From: Monocercomonoides exilis PA203
Lineage: Eukaryota > Protista > Preaxostyla
DNA: 64,000 bases
Direction of reading: 5' to 3'
Assembly: GCA_001643675.2 (NCBI GenBank)
Contig: LSRY02000009.1
Coordinates: forward strand, 1,550,001 to 1,614,000
In this document: piece by piece, positions 12,501-25,072 of the stretch
Layout: each line of letters opens with the position of its first letter
Numbering within the stretch: position 1 is the first letter of the stretch
Made by a program: the position numbers and the translations under genes
The notes under the pieces: model-generated
What the model saw: only the letters and a program-made list of their open reading frames with translations
The model's database searches: none
What the model was told of the DNA's origin: nothing

Positions 12501-15500
12501 ATCATGTCGTGTTTAATCTTCACATTTTCTAATGAAACATCATTCAACTGCAACAAATCTGCATCAGGTACAATGTTGAACAAAGCTGTAGTGATCAAAG
12601 TCTTATCCCCTTTAATGCTCAGATTATCAAAAGTCACGTCTCCTCCTTCAATGTTAAAAAGCAAATAGTCAATGGACTGTTCTTCTGTTATTGAAGAAAA
12701 GGAAATAATCATTTTTATCCACAACGAAGCACCTCTGATAACAGTAATAGCATTCTTTGTGTTGCTTGTCATTGGATGCAACACAAGATTAAGTCCTTCG
12801 AATTTTACACTTCCGTTTAACAAGATTACTTCTCTCCAGCTGCTGCTGTATTTAACGTTCACTTCCACTTTCCCTGCAATCCCTAGTTCGGTCGACGAGC
12901 AGATTTCTGCCTTCTCCAAAATAGAAGGCAGCGTCAGATACGCAAGGTCTACAACAATCAACCTGCGAGGCTCGTCAAGATGAGCCCATCCATATGATAA
13001 AGAACGGCACGGGAGATTGAAAGTTCCACAGCGTGCAAAATCTACTCCTCGAGATGAAGAAACAAATATCGTTGAGTTGCTATAAACAGAAAGAAATTCT
13101 TTAATACTGATGCCTTCTCTAGAATACCAAATATCAAAGCATCCAATTTGAGTTCCATCAACAGATTCGTCAACAAAGCTGAATATCCTTTGGATGTTAA
13201 AATCGAGCAAGGAGTGTGTAAAAATCTGCACATCTCGATATTTTTTGGCAGAATTATTGAAAAATGATAATTGGTCCAAAATTAATGATGCATCTTTCAA
13301 AATGCTTATTGACAATGCACCTCCGCTTTCAACAGCAGAACATGATTTAAATGAGCTGTTTGTAATTGCAAAGTATGTTCTATCATACAATGAACAGTCA
13401 ACAAATCCACCAGATTGCGTTACAGTTGTTATCAAATTTGAAGTGACATTTCTAACAGCAACATAATTTGATTGATAAAACGCTCCTTTAAATAATACAG
13501 AACTTTCAAAATTGGTGCTGATATTTTGAAAAGCGCAATCGAGAATAGTTAGTTTTTTTGCTCCGGAAGTACAAAGAATGGAATTCATTGTACCAGCTGG
13601 TATGTCACAAAAAACACTTCCAATAATTGAGAGAGATGCAAAATTGTCCAAATTGAAAAAATGAAACCATTCAAATGTCGCTTGTGAAGATAACGTTTCA
13701 TGAGCAAATGAATATCCTCCGATATTGTGAGATGGCTTGCTTTCACTGTCATACTTAAAGACTATGTGATCAAAAAAAACTGTTGAAGGGCTTTCATAAT
13801 TTGTTGTGAAAAAAATAGAATTATATGGATACATCTCCATTTTTGGACACAAAATAGTCAGATTCATCACTTTGAACGTGGTGTCTGAAAGAATAAAAAC
13901 TGTTTTAAATAGCACATCAAAATTATAAGTTCCGATCGAAATTATTCCACCGTTGTTTCCATTGATCTCTAAATCTATTCCATCTATTATGCAACTTGCA
14001 TCTTCAAACGTCTTTGCATCAGAAGCAATTGAAAACTTCATATCTTCGCTCTTTGTAACATGAGTTAAAGCTTGAAAAATATTTTGGCACGGTAGCTTTG
14101 TTGAAGAGCCACAGGCAGCATTGTAATTTGCAGTGGAATCCAATTCAATGTTGCGCCGAGTAACTTCAAGTGATTTTGTGAGAAAAAGAATTTCATCAGG
14201 TTTGCTTCTTCTCATCTGGGCAACAGCACCTTCTTTTTGCTCGGATATTTTGCTTTTCGAAAACAATTTCGAGCCATCGTCGTAATCAGCTTCGCTCACA
14301 ACAAAAACGTCATGTCCATATTTATCTGCAGTATTAACAGCGAAATAGCTTGCATATATACAAAAAAGACTCTGGTTGAACGATCGTTTATTTGCTTTCA
14401 AAAATATTGTATCTGCAACAACTACGTAAATTGCTCCTCCATAATCAGACTTGCAGCCGGAAAAATCACACTCAGAAACAAGGACCTGCTCTTCAACATC
14501 TTTCAGATAAAGTCCACCTCCGCTTCTTTGCGAATAACATCTCAAAAAGGTACATTGCACGAACACTGGCTCTGTTTTTTCGAAGGATTCCTCTTTATCG
14601 TAATTCCACTTTGTTTGCATTTTTTTGTCGTTGCCTTCAAATGGAAAATTGTTTCTTTCACGAATTTGTGAGTAATTATTTTGATGCCATATTGCGTGAT
14701 TTCCGCAAAAGTCAGTTTTTCTTTGAGGTATCTTAGTCGCGCGGTGCTCAAATATAACGCATGCATCCGCTTTCGAACTGCAATTAAAAAATAAGCATTG
14801 CTTGATTGCTGGGGAACGAATGCTGATTATATGAACAGCTCCAGCAGTTGTCTCAACATTTATATTTTCATTTTCACCGTTTATATCTTGGAAAGAAGAG
14901 TTTTCTATGGTTACAGCCACATTTCCAGTCACAAAGATAGCTCCTCCTGATCCAACATAGCTTGTGCAGTTTTGAAATTTACAATTAATAACATCAACAG
15001 TTAAAACGGTCAGATCTTGTGTTCTTGCAAAGATGCATTGGCCAGATTCATCACCCATTATATTCATCCACGTGCATGAGTCAAACGTAAATTCTTTATC
15101 AACAGAATGATCTAGGACAACTCTTTCAAGTGTTTCATTTGTGTAGTGCTTATTATCCCATCGAGAGCAAGAGATGTGTGTTGTGTTAAAATTATCCAAC
15201 GAGTGCGCATCAGCAGAGATCGAAGGAATTAGCACTCCATCATACACTCCGTACACACGATTGAAAGCAGAATTTGAAATTGTGATAGAGCAAGAGTTTG
15301 GCTTTTGATCTTGCATGCTCGCATTTTGCTTTGCACTGATATTGAAAAAAGTAGAATCAAGAAGCTCCAATGTTGATTCAATTACAGATGAAGCAAAAAA
15401 TGTGGTCGATATTAAAACAGATGAAAATGATGAAGATGAAACAGTAACTGAAACAGAAGGATTCCAAATAGCAGAATCACTTTTCATGGACGCAAACAAA

Positions 15501-15787
15501 TTCATTTCCATCGAATCTATCCGCGATAAAAGCGAGATGCCCTTGAGCTGTAAAACGCTTCCTGTTTTGGCAAATGAGCAGCCTAATTGTTGTTCTCTCG
15601 AAAAAGCAATGCAACTAACAACAGAAACATTCGAAAAGCTATCTTGCAAAATCGTAGAATCCCCATTGCTGAAAATAATACACTCTTTTTTGGTCAAAAT
15701 TGCTGAGTTTGTAATTCTCGTTTTCGTAAGCAAACAGCTCATTTCGTTGATTTCATGTCTATTCAAACCTGCAAAACATGTTCCCAA
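9584..15787 (-). CDS. Large single-pass membrane protein with parallel beta-helix (GGAI/FxxN, Pmp/pectin-lyase-like) repeats; true start uncertain
   Basis: 2067-codon ORF with repeated GGAIF/GGAIY/GGAVY and FxxNxA motifs, CG...PC motifs, and a C-terminal TM segment (IIMIAVSAAVVGVGFAVALFFV) followed by RRWWKKK. The called start is TTG, so the 5' end is unresolved. Confidence 0.75.
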   Translation of the reverse strand: MGTCFAGLNRHEINEMSCLLTKTRITNSAILTKKECIIFSNGDSTILQDSFSNVSVVSCIAFSREQQLGCSFAKTGSVLQLKGISLLSRIDSMEMNLFASMKSDSAIWNPSVSVTVSSSSFSSVLISTTFFASSVIESTLELLDSTFFNISAKQNASMQDQKPNSCSITISNSAFNRVYGVYDGVLIPSISADAHSLDNFNTTHISCSRWDNKHYTNETLERVVLDHSVDKEFTFDSCTWMNIMGDESGQCIFARTQDLTVLTVDVINCKFQNCTSYVGSGGAIFVTGNVAVTIENSSFQDINGENENINVETTAGAVHIISIRSPAIKQCLFFNCSSKADACVIFEHRATKIPQRKTDFCGNHAIWHQNNYSQIRERNNFPFEGNDKKMQTKWNYDKEESFEKTEPVFVQCTFLRCYSQRSGGGLYLKDVEEQVLVSECDFSGCKSDYGGAIYVVVADTIFLKANKRSFNQSLFCIYASYFAVNTADKYGHDVFVVSEADYDDGSKLFSKSKISEQKEGAVAQMRRSKPDEILFLTKSLEVTRRNIELDSTANYNAACGSSTKLPCQNIFQALTHVTKSEDMKFSIASDAKTFEDASCIIDGIDLEINGNNGGIISIGTYNFDVLFKTVFILSDTTFKVMNLTILCPKMEMYPYNSIFFTTNYESPSTVFFDHIVFKYDSESKPSHNIGGYSFAHETLSSQATFEWFHFFNLDNFASLSIIGSVFCDIPAGTMNSILCTSGAKKLTILDCAFQNISTNFESSVLFKGAFYQSNYVAVRNVTSNLITTVTQSGGFVDCSLYDRTYFAITNSSFKSCSAVESGGALSISILKDASLILDQLSFFNNSAKKYRDVQIFTHSLLDFNIQRIFSFVDESVDGTQIGCFDIWYSREGISIKEFLSVYSNSTIFVSSSRGVDFARCGTFNLPCRSLSYGWAHLDEPRRLIVVDLAYLTLPSILEKAEICSSTELGIAGKVEVNVKYSSSWREVILLNGSVKFEGLNLVLHPMTSNTKNAITVIRGASLWIKMIISFSSITEEQSIDYLLFNIEGGDVTFDNLSIKGDKTLITTALFNIVPDADLLQLNDVSLENVKIKHDMISVSPNKSSEKEKMSEQRVLNILISNLSFIKMNDLTDSERSSGNAEEILGGLLLRSRESARQKLELHNSSLSGFMSPDDFEPYGGCIHWREKKRDGKYSSTIYEDDEPEESSELLFKNCTFCNDGLDTQLHEKETKGGAVYLAFHSQTFPFAFQEVALFQNKANIGRDIFIRCPNVSNKKESEKFGINFYHPLWKEQNSIEAESEEEGKVVDYLEFLTYRNSNIYVSGYDSSVKNCRTEQTSTFSSHSSSNNSQRISDGYGKQESGWDIFFCGSKDDPCSTVNYAMTHLTSPTPSISQKVLIPFQRIPDFIRKMQIFGDEDKDEHLTLRIVGEPSIFDSVTWNSLSVEGEADRAGLLFEKSEQEVNKRQGIKQKSKLCKCNEQMDIHVVIKGNCRMNNTNIKITANLPVSCLFLIDDEGTFGIERCTISSLNELMIIPTTFKIEAGTLLCTLMNLNKVLFRSESFFIDCSELVDESKVNLQLNECSLNNITVNDQKSLILFSAKEKSSYESSTHNHFTESTSLFSTTSYSSNISSIRQTSSSSYINLNTSSHDEKSSIPLHVPLKFVNTNVSFNSHISGKGFFLAANRCSCVEITGCSFLIKEILSSADEVQENSENDICEWSSSFLSFVDCSVFVRNTTFRTKLEGDIYTENSYLSIDPGSFKGNSVEFEAFPRVAHNIICKSDTAQENDDKGAIELIRGAGSSINFESKIESEKSRIDAQSSRREEKITEELPDSFWIENNNCSLVGFTSDMMSSLFTPQPVSISSAKSGEGYEVTLTGECLLNYNLLMVLLANQTNAGKFTDELAEIAVTNKLNCSNENAVCAIFPLDAMERADGSDEYVVPKFSTKNAFNKDLTTIPLRVSEGNNSGVVDDMTMIIMIAVSAAVVGVGFAVALFFVRRWWKKKMLLTEYEERKSLLSSVNSDFQRGMRRKEENTNISSYVSDYGTTTKQIDIPSDSRAFSRGVNLILQ

Positions 15788-16832
15788 AATTTTCGTGTTG
15801 TCCCTTATGAGTCGTGCATTAATTAATCTATTCTTCAGTGTGTTATCGAAATATAATGACGAGTTCTGCTTCAGATCCTCAAAAGCGCTATTTGAATCTT
15901 TATTTTCACTATCGATTCATAGTCGGATTCAGAGTAAATAAAACATCCATTGGAATTTAAAATGATGATGCATTTTTTGAGCAAATTAAAAGTTATCATT
16001 TCTAAAGCATTTAAAGGCTATAATTAATCAACAATAAAAAAATGAAATATTAAATTTAAAATATGGGTATATTTTAAAAATCGAAAGAAAAAAATGGCTT
16101 GTAATTTAATTAAACATATTATATAAACATTAATATTTTTGATGATGTTGATTATGACAAGTTTTTTATTATTGATGCTTCATTATTTAATAAAGCAAAA
16201 ACTATGTGTAAGTCTGGAAAAGCATTTTTATCAACTTTCCTTTAATTCATAAGTTGCAATTTTCACTAAAACCACTTTATGAAAATGAGTGTCTTTTTTA
16301 TTTATTTTCTTTGATTATTTAAAGATGCAAATCGTCTTAACCGTTTCAAAAAATTTTCTTTTTAATAATATTCATTACTTTAATCAAATAAAAAATCTCT
16401 TTTTTATTCACAACTTTCATGAAAATAAATTGCGTTGAAGTGAACAAATATCGATAATATATCCCAACAAAATACAAATTATTACTCTAATTAGAGAAAA
16501 GAAATCAAGGAGAACAAAATATAATCTAAAATGTCCAAGCACTATTAGAAAATAGATAATTAAATAATAAAAATAAAGCCGTTAATAAAAATATAAAAAT
16601 TTGAAAAATATAATAAACTTCTGAAAAGAATTCGAAAGCATCGTCAATAAACATACAATGCATTATCTTTAGGCATAACGAATACTGAAAAAAATATTTT
16701 AAATTACAAAAAAATTTTTTCCTCTTCAACTCCGAAACTTTCTTTTCTCTTGTTTTTTGCTTTCTTTCTTTCTTTCTCCTCTTTTTCTTCTTTTTCAAAT
16801 CCATCACCTTCAAGTTTCCATTTCTTTCTCCT

Positions 16833-19800
16833 TTAATTCTTAAACCTTTCTCCCTCAATCTCTTCTTCCCAATCAAATTCTTTGAACACATCCTGTTCAA
16901 CTTCTCCTTCTTCTTCTCCTTCTTCTTCATTCCTCTCCTTCTTCCTCTGATGCGACTTATTCTTCCTTTTGCCCGGCTTCTCCTTGTTTCTCTTCTCCTT
17001 TCTGTCTCTTTTGTGTCTATTTCTCTCAAATGACTCCTCATCCCTCTCTTCAAATGAACCTTCACTCATTTTCTCTCTCTCCCTCTCCCTCTGCTGATCC
17101 CTATGCTTCTTCTTGCTATTAAGTTTATATTCTTCTTCTTCTTCCTCTTCTCCTTCCTTTTCCTCCTCTCCCTCTTCTTCACTTTCCATATCCTTCTTTG
17201 TCTTTGCCTTCGTCTTCGTCTTCTTTTTCTCTTTTGATTTCTTTGATTTTTCTTTTCCCTTTCCCTTTTGCTTCTTCTTCTCCTTCTTCTTCTTCTCTCT
17301 CTTTAAGTCACTTTCATCTGCACGTGAAAGAGTGTTTGAAGATGTTGCACCATCATCCATATTCATCACATCAAACACATTTATATCCATCATCATCTTC
17401 ATCTTCCCTGCTCCTATTTCTCCTTCTTCTCTTCCTTCTCTTCCCCCTTCTCCTTCTTCTCCTTCATCATCATCATCATAATAATCATCAAACACACTTT
17501 CTTTTCCTCCAATCTCAGACTTCGCTCTGTTTGCTGCCATATCGTCACTCGTCACGCTGTTTCGTGAGTAATCTGTCGGTGCTTCTGCAATCATCTGAAA
17601 TGAATAAGAATTATTTGGTATATTTGGATTTATCGTTCCATTTGGCCTATTTATTGTATTTATTCTATTTGTTTCATTAAATACATTCATTGCATTCATT
17701 GAATTTGGAACATTCTCCATTCTTCTTATGCTCTCTGGCATTTCTGCCTCATCATGTTCTCTTTCTCTTTCTCTTTTTCCTTCAAAATACTCGCTGCTCG
17801 TCTTAAACAGCTCACCACACTGTTGACTCTTCCCTTGAAACGGGACTTGTTCTCTGCCTCTGTCTTCTCCTCTTCTCAGCTGACAATTCTGCATTGGATT
17901 CATCTCATTCATTTGATCCATCTGGCTAATTTGATTCATTTGTATTGCATTATGTGGCTCAAACTCTTCTGCCCCAACCAAACTGAATGGCAAGTCCTGC
18001 TCATCCATCGGACTTCTTGGTGATGAAAGAGAGAAAGAAGAAGAGGAAGTTGGAGAAGCAAAGCGAGAAAAGGAAGAAGTAGAAGGAGCATATGGATCAA
18101 TGATAGCTGATGATTGTGCACGAAGAAGAGAAACCTTTGATGATGAAGAAGACACCGCCAGAGGAGAAATGGAAGGTGCCCTCCCTTTCAGCTGCAATGG
18201 AGAAAGCGGAGGAAGATTGGAATAGAACGACAAAGAAGAAGAAGAAGAGGAGGAAGAGGAAGATGAAAGAGTCAGCTTTGAAGAAGAATCTCTTTTCATC
18301 TTGCTTTTCCCCTTTGAGTGTCCTTTCACAACTTCCTTTGACAATTTCGAATTCTTCTTCTTCTCCTTCCCCAGCCGCACTGACAGCACAATCAGCACCA
18401 CGATCACCACAAGACACACAAACCCAACTGCTATCAAAGCAATCACACTCCAACTGAAGAACGACTCTTGTTCAGACAGAACAGCCTGCTCTTCAAATGT
18501 GGCATTGCGAAATACAATCAGCCCTGTCTCTTTAACAGAAGCTGCAGATGCTTCCGTCCAAAACACAAGCTGGGCAGCCAGTTCAGACTCTTTTGGAGAG
18601 GAATCGAGGAGATCTGAAGAGAAAGCAGCCACAGCTGCCTCCTCGTTTGTGAAGTCGGTGATTTCGTGCAGTTCTGTGACGACTTCTTCGCCTGTGGTGA
18701 TTTTGACACGCGCAGACAAGTTGCAAGGGACAAGAGAACTGCCAGTGAAGAGCAGGCGATGTGTTGATCCACTTTTGCTGTGTTTGACTGAGTCTAAAGA
18801 AGGAACGAACAAAACACTCGGAAGTGTCTTGCCCAGCCCCTGAAACGCACACACGTTGCTTCCAAACCAAAGAGAAGAGCTGATTTCATTGTCGTTGCTT
18901 GTTTCACTGCTTCTTCCTCTGTTTTCTTCATCTTCTTCATTTCTTCCTCTTCCTCTTCCTCCATTCCCATCTCCTCCATTCAGCGACACAATATCCACCT
19001 GGCTTTTCTCCGAACAGAACAAGTTTCTCCGAGCAGAAGGGAAATCAATGCTACCCTGTGTGTTGTTTCTGAATGTGATTAGTTCCAATGTGAGGTTCGA
19101 GTTGCTAGCTGTTATTCCGCCGATGGCTGAGTCTTCGATGGAAGTGGCATTGAATGAGGCAGATGTGCTTGTGAAGTGCAGAAGAGAGCTGTCCCACACA
19201 CAGACACTCTCATCTGCTGCATTTTGAGGGTGGTATTGATGAGGAAATGTGTTGGTTGAAGAAGAAGAAGAAAGAGAATTTGAAGTTAATGTGTTTAGGA
19301 ATGAATTGTGTTGCGGTTTTTGTGGAGAAGATGGCTGTGGATAATTATCATGTTTCGTGTATGTGAAAGAATCCAAATAATTTTCATAATCAATAGAATT
19401 GAAGATATTGCTTCTTTTATTTCCTCCTCTTTCTCTTTCTCTTTCTCTTCCAGAAAACCGACAATATTCAAACCTCACCTCTGCACATTCACTCAAATGG
19501 CAGTATTTTCCTTTTGTTTCGGGCGAAGTGATCGAAGAAACAGACACATTTGACAAGAAAAGAAGATTTTCCACTTTTGAAGCAGAAAGAAAAACAGGTT
19601 TGTGGCCATTTTCGGTGAGAGAATTTAGAAAACAGGAGGAAATGGATATGATGATGGAGGTGGAGGAAGAGGAAGAGGAAGAAGAAGAAGAAAGAGAAGA
19701 ACGAATAGGAGAACGAGGAGGAAGAGGAGAAGAAAATTGCGTTTTTGACTTTATTTTTTGGAGAGAAGGAGAAAAAGAAAAAGAAGAAGATAAAGAAGTA

Positions 19801-22800
19801 GAAGAAGAGGAAGAGGAAGAAGAGGGAGTAGATTCATCAACTGGATTCAGAACAGGCGGAGGCGTTGTCTGCAGACTTTGTGGAAACTCACTCGAAATAG
19901 AATAAGAATGTTGTGTATGACTTGGCTGATGAGGGTAGAAGACACTTCCATTCACAAGTGTTGCATTTATGATTGATATTTCATCGAAAATGGCTGAAAA
20001 TGAAGAAGAAGAAGAAGAAGAATCAACTGAAGTGAAGTCAAAGACGCTATCAAAGAAATATGAATCATTCACTTTCACATCTTTCACATCCAAAATTGTA
20101 TTTTTCACAGTCAAAATGTTTCTTCCTTCAAAATTTTCTGCTTTCAATTTTTCCACATTCAACTGTTTGACCCCCTCCACACTGAAAAGAGGTTGATTCT
20201 CTGATTTGATAGAAGAAATGGAGAAATTGCGAATTTCAGTAAGATTTCCGTTGTTCAAAGAGAACACTGATCGTGTTGAAGAAATGTTGTTCAGCGAAAA
20301 CGAAGAAAATTTCAGAATTTTCACATTTTGCGAATGGAAAAAGGAAGATGAAACAGAAACATTAACAAAGGATAATGTTGATAGAGACGCAGTTTCTGTT
20401 GATTGGACATCAAAAACTTGTTTGTTAAGCTCAATAAACTTGAATGTGCAGTCAGAAACAGACAAATTTCCATCCAGTGATGAAATTAATGATGAGTTTA
20501 TCTGGTTATTCAGCAAAGAGCCATCAAAAATGCATCTTTTGAGGTTTAATTCACCTTCTGCCTCACAAATGAAGCTGAGTTGAGAAAGAGACAAGCTTGA
20601 TTGGAAGATAAAATCTATGCTTTCTATAGACACATCTCCTGATGTTGCTATCACTGCATTTGCTGTTATTCTTGTTCTTTCTCCTCTTTCTCCTTCTCCT
20701 TCTTCTCTTCCTCCTTCTCTTCGTCCTTCACTTTCTTCACTTTCTTCACTAAAACTCTCAATTCTTCCTTCCACCTCCACTTCTGCCTCCAATTTCGTCT
20801 CTGCCACAACCGAAATTCCACTCAACAAAATCGAATATGCACCAAATTTTGCTCCTTCTTCAGAAACAACCACGTTTTTCCTCTTTCCAAAGCCAACATG
20901 CTCAGTTGCTGCTGCTAATGTTAGACAAGGCACATTTTGTGAACCGCAGCTGTTGCAATCTTCACCCAATTTGCCTGAAACAAACACGAAATCTGAGCGA
21001 AAATGCACCAAAAACAGCAAAAGATCCACATCTTCGCTGTTATCCCCTTTTCTTCCGTTAATCGAATCATTTGACTGGAGTGAAGTTTGCTTCAAATCTA
21101 ACAGAAACCGCTGAGTTGTTGCTATTTCTTCTAAATTTGGTGATTGAATGTACAAATCTCTGCCAAATGTCGCTTTATTTCCCAAAAAGCCCAAATGCGA
21201 CAGGGAAAAATTGTCTGCCTTTGAAGGAGAGCAGTTTAAGAAGAGAAACCCACCTCTTCCAATTGAATTGCACTCATTGGAATTGCTTGCCTCACAATTG
21301 ACAGAAGACAGAGAAGTCAACGAAAGCATGCACTCGGGATGCAAAATGAACGAAATGCAGCCACCGAAAGAAGAAGAAGGGGACGAGCAAGCAGAAAAAG
21401 ACGAGTTGTAAATGGTAAGATTGCATTTTGTGTGGGTGTTTGTGTGGCTGAGGCAGGAAGGCACATTTTGAGTGCTGTTGATGCCAGTGAAGGAGCAGCT
21501 GGTGATGTTCAGGAAGAGAATGTGGTTGTTCATTGGATAAAAATGAGTGGGGAATTTGGAGTTGGTTTTTGATTGAGAATTGTCTTCTCCTTTAATTTTT
21601 GATGTTGTTGACTCGGATTCTGAATCATATTTTTCTTCTCTTTTTGCTTTTTCTTCGTCTTCCGCTTCGCATTCAACTTCTTCTTCCGTTTCTTCTTCTT
21701 CTATTGGAGTAAAAGAAGTATATGAAGAAGAAGAGGTATATGAATTACAAGAAAAAGAATTTGAAGAAGAAGATGATGACGACGATGACGATGATGATGA
21801 AGAGGCAGCAGACGGCACAATCTCAATCACTGCCCCCTTCACACTCAGATCGTGAAAGAGAACGTTTTCACACTCAAAAGAATCAGTTTCCTCATTCAAA
21901 ATGATAATCGACTTTTCAGCAGCCACATTTTCATCAATGTCAATTTTCACCCCGTTTATTGAAACACTTCCGGTTTCAATGGAAAGCAAAGGAAAGTGTA
22001 AAGTTTTGTCTGAATTTGAAGAAAATGGAGCAAAAGAACAGGAATTGAGGGTTAATTTGTGGCCAGATGAGGAAATAAATGAAGAATGAGGAGGAGAAGA
22101 AGAAGAAGAAGAAGAAGATGATGAGGAGGAGGAGGAAGAGGAAGAGGAAGAGGAAGAGGAAGAGGAAGAGGAAGAGGAAGAGGAAGAGGAAGAGGAAGAG
22201 GAAGAGGAAGAAGAAAGAGAAGAGGAAGAAAATTGCAAAGGAAAAGAGAAAATGAGTGATTCTAAGTGTAATTCGCCCGTGTTTGTGATGATTGGCTCAT
22301 TGATGCTTGTTTGCTGTGAGGAAATGTCTGAAGGGAAGTGGAGAGTGGATTTGTGGGAGTTTGAGGAAAGAAGAGAAGAAGAAAGAGAAGAGGAAGAAGA
22401 GGATGATGAAGAATAAGATGATGATATTTCACTTTGTGAGCACTTTATGACAAGCCTGTCAAATTTCATAGTCTCCCCAACATTCACACTCTCCACCACT
22501 AACAGCTCCTTCATCGTCATTTCATCTTCTGGAAAATGCCTTCGTGAATATGCCATTGTCAAGCAATGTTCTGTGCTGTTTCCACACCCAATCGCATCAT
22601 AGCCATCTGCACCTGCAAACACCCTTTCGCTCTCAAATCCAACGAGAAATAGCAAAAGATCAACTTTTTCTGTGAAATGTGAGTCATTCCCACAGAATTC
22701 ATTGGGTTCTGACTGAAACGGCATCACATTGAAATTGAATGAGATCGCATTGACTGAGCTGTTCAGCACTTGTGCAGCTATAAACAGGCTTTTCCCACAA

Positions 22801-25038
22801 AATGCATAATTATCTTCAAATCCCACAGAAACAAATCGGAATTGGGGGTTTGCCGGCAAATTTGTATTTAGTTGCTGTTGCAGGCAATCCAGAAACATAA
22901 ATCCCCCTTTGCCCGTCTCGGCGTTTGTCCGGCAATTTTTGACAGTCGTCCCATTTAATTTTAATTGCATTGAATTTGTGAGAGAAATAAACATTACTCC
23001 TCCCTCTTCGCTTGAGTCAGAAAAGCAAGTGTCAAATGAACCAGATTGGATGTCGAGGGAGCCTTCGCTGTCACCTGAAATACGGAAGACTGAAGAAGAA
23101 GCAGAAGAAGAGGAAGAAAAAGAAGATGACGATGAAGAAAATGAAGAAGATGAAGAAGAAGAGGAGGAGGATGATGAAGAAGAAGAAGAAGAAGTATCAG
23201 AATTAGAAGCAAATGACACATTCACATCATTCATCTGAATAGAAGGACGAAATCCTGCACTTGGGAAGCCAGAAAGTGTTACTAATGTTCCAGTTTGGCT
23301 TGAAATGTTCTGAAATTTTGACTGAAAAACGAAAAAATGAGATACGTTTGACAGAAGAGTGAAGATATTTCCTGTGAAAGCAGGTGTGTTTGTGAGAAGG
23401 AGAGAGAAGAATGTCAAGTTAACAATGCCAGACTGAGCATTGACTAAGACATAGTTCAAAGGAGGAGAGGAAGAGGAAGAGGAGAAAGAAGAGGAAGAGG
23501 AAGAAGAAAGAGAAGAAGAAGAAGATGATGATGAATAGCCAAACACATTTGCATTTTTGCTCTCAAACGTCACATTCTCCATCAAAAGTGCCTCGTTTTC
23601 GGTTTGAATCAACACGCCCCCATTTCCAATCAAGCCAGGTATCAACACCTTCACAAACGCAAAAGTTAGTCTTTTCTCGTTCTTTATGATCATTTGCCCT
23701 TCTTCTCCTGTTACAATCTCTTCTCCCACGTCAATCACACTCAAAATGCCATCTGTTCGATTCGTCACCACTTTCACTTCAGTCAAATTCACTTTCTCCC
23801 GAATGTACGAGGATTCTGCTACAAAGATTGTGCACATATCATCATTGCTAATGCCACTTATTCTTCTTCTTCCTCTTCCTCCTTCTCTTTCTCTTTCTCC
23901 ATTTCCTCCTCCTCCTCTCACCAACCTCCTCTCCGCCCCTGGTATCGTCAAACACGCCACCCTAATCTCTCCACAATACAGCACATCTGCCCCAATGTGA
24001 GTCATGCTATTTGCATAAGCAACTTTCCCTGTCCATCCAACGATGAAACGAAACAGGTTGTAATCTGTGTCATTATACAGCCACGTTTCATCCTTTCCCC
24101 AAATCGAATCAGTTTCGTTTCCACTCTCTAAAATTGATTCAAAAAATGGAAAAGTTTGCTTAGAAATCTGAGAATTCAGGTCAATGCCATGGAAAAAGAT
24201 GTCATTTCCGACTGTTGCAAAGTTGTCTGCAAAGCGAAGTTCTGCTAATTGCCAAGCAGAATCATCAGGTGTGTTCATTGTCATGTAGATGGCACCTCCT
24301 CTTCCTCCTCTTCCATTTCCTCTTCCATTTCTTATTTTATTTGTTTTTGTAGTAGTAGTAGTAGTAGTAGTAGTAGAAGAAGAAGAAGAAGAAGAAGAAG
24401 AAGAACTATCATCATCCAATGGATCCATACACGCCACACAACCAGTAAAACTTGTGAACGACACTTTCTCTTCACATGAGCCACACACAACACAACGTGA
24501 GCAATTGTACTCAAATGAGGCACATTCAACACATTCTGAGCATTTGGCACATTTCACACTGTTATCTTCTGCCACTTCGCATTCAGAACACGACTGGCAT
24601 TGCAGACAGGAGATGGGGGAAGAATTGAATGAAGAGGTGGAGATATAAGTATTAGAGGTTGTGTTACCGCAGTTATTATAGCATTTGTCAACTTCTTCAT
24701 TTCCAACTTTCTTTTTCATTCTTCCTCCTTCTCTTTCTCTTTCTCTTTCTCTTTCTCTTTCTCTTTCTCTTTCTCTTTCTCTTTCTCTTTCTCTTTCTCT
24801 TTCTCTTTCTTCATTCCATTTCCCATTCTTTCTTCCTCCCCTTCCTTCTCTTTGCTCTTCGCATTCTCCACATCTTCCACATGGCTTGCAATTCTGACAT
24901 ATTTTCGTTATTCCTCCAGTGATGACAACTGGGTTGAAGTTGTAGCAATGAACATTAATTACTCCTCCTCTTTCTGATTGGGGGCTTTCACACTGAAGGA
25001 AGGAGGTTTTGTTGAGTGTGAGGGCAAAGGGAATGGAA

Positions 25039-25072
<34 letters not shown>

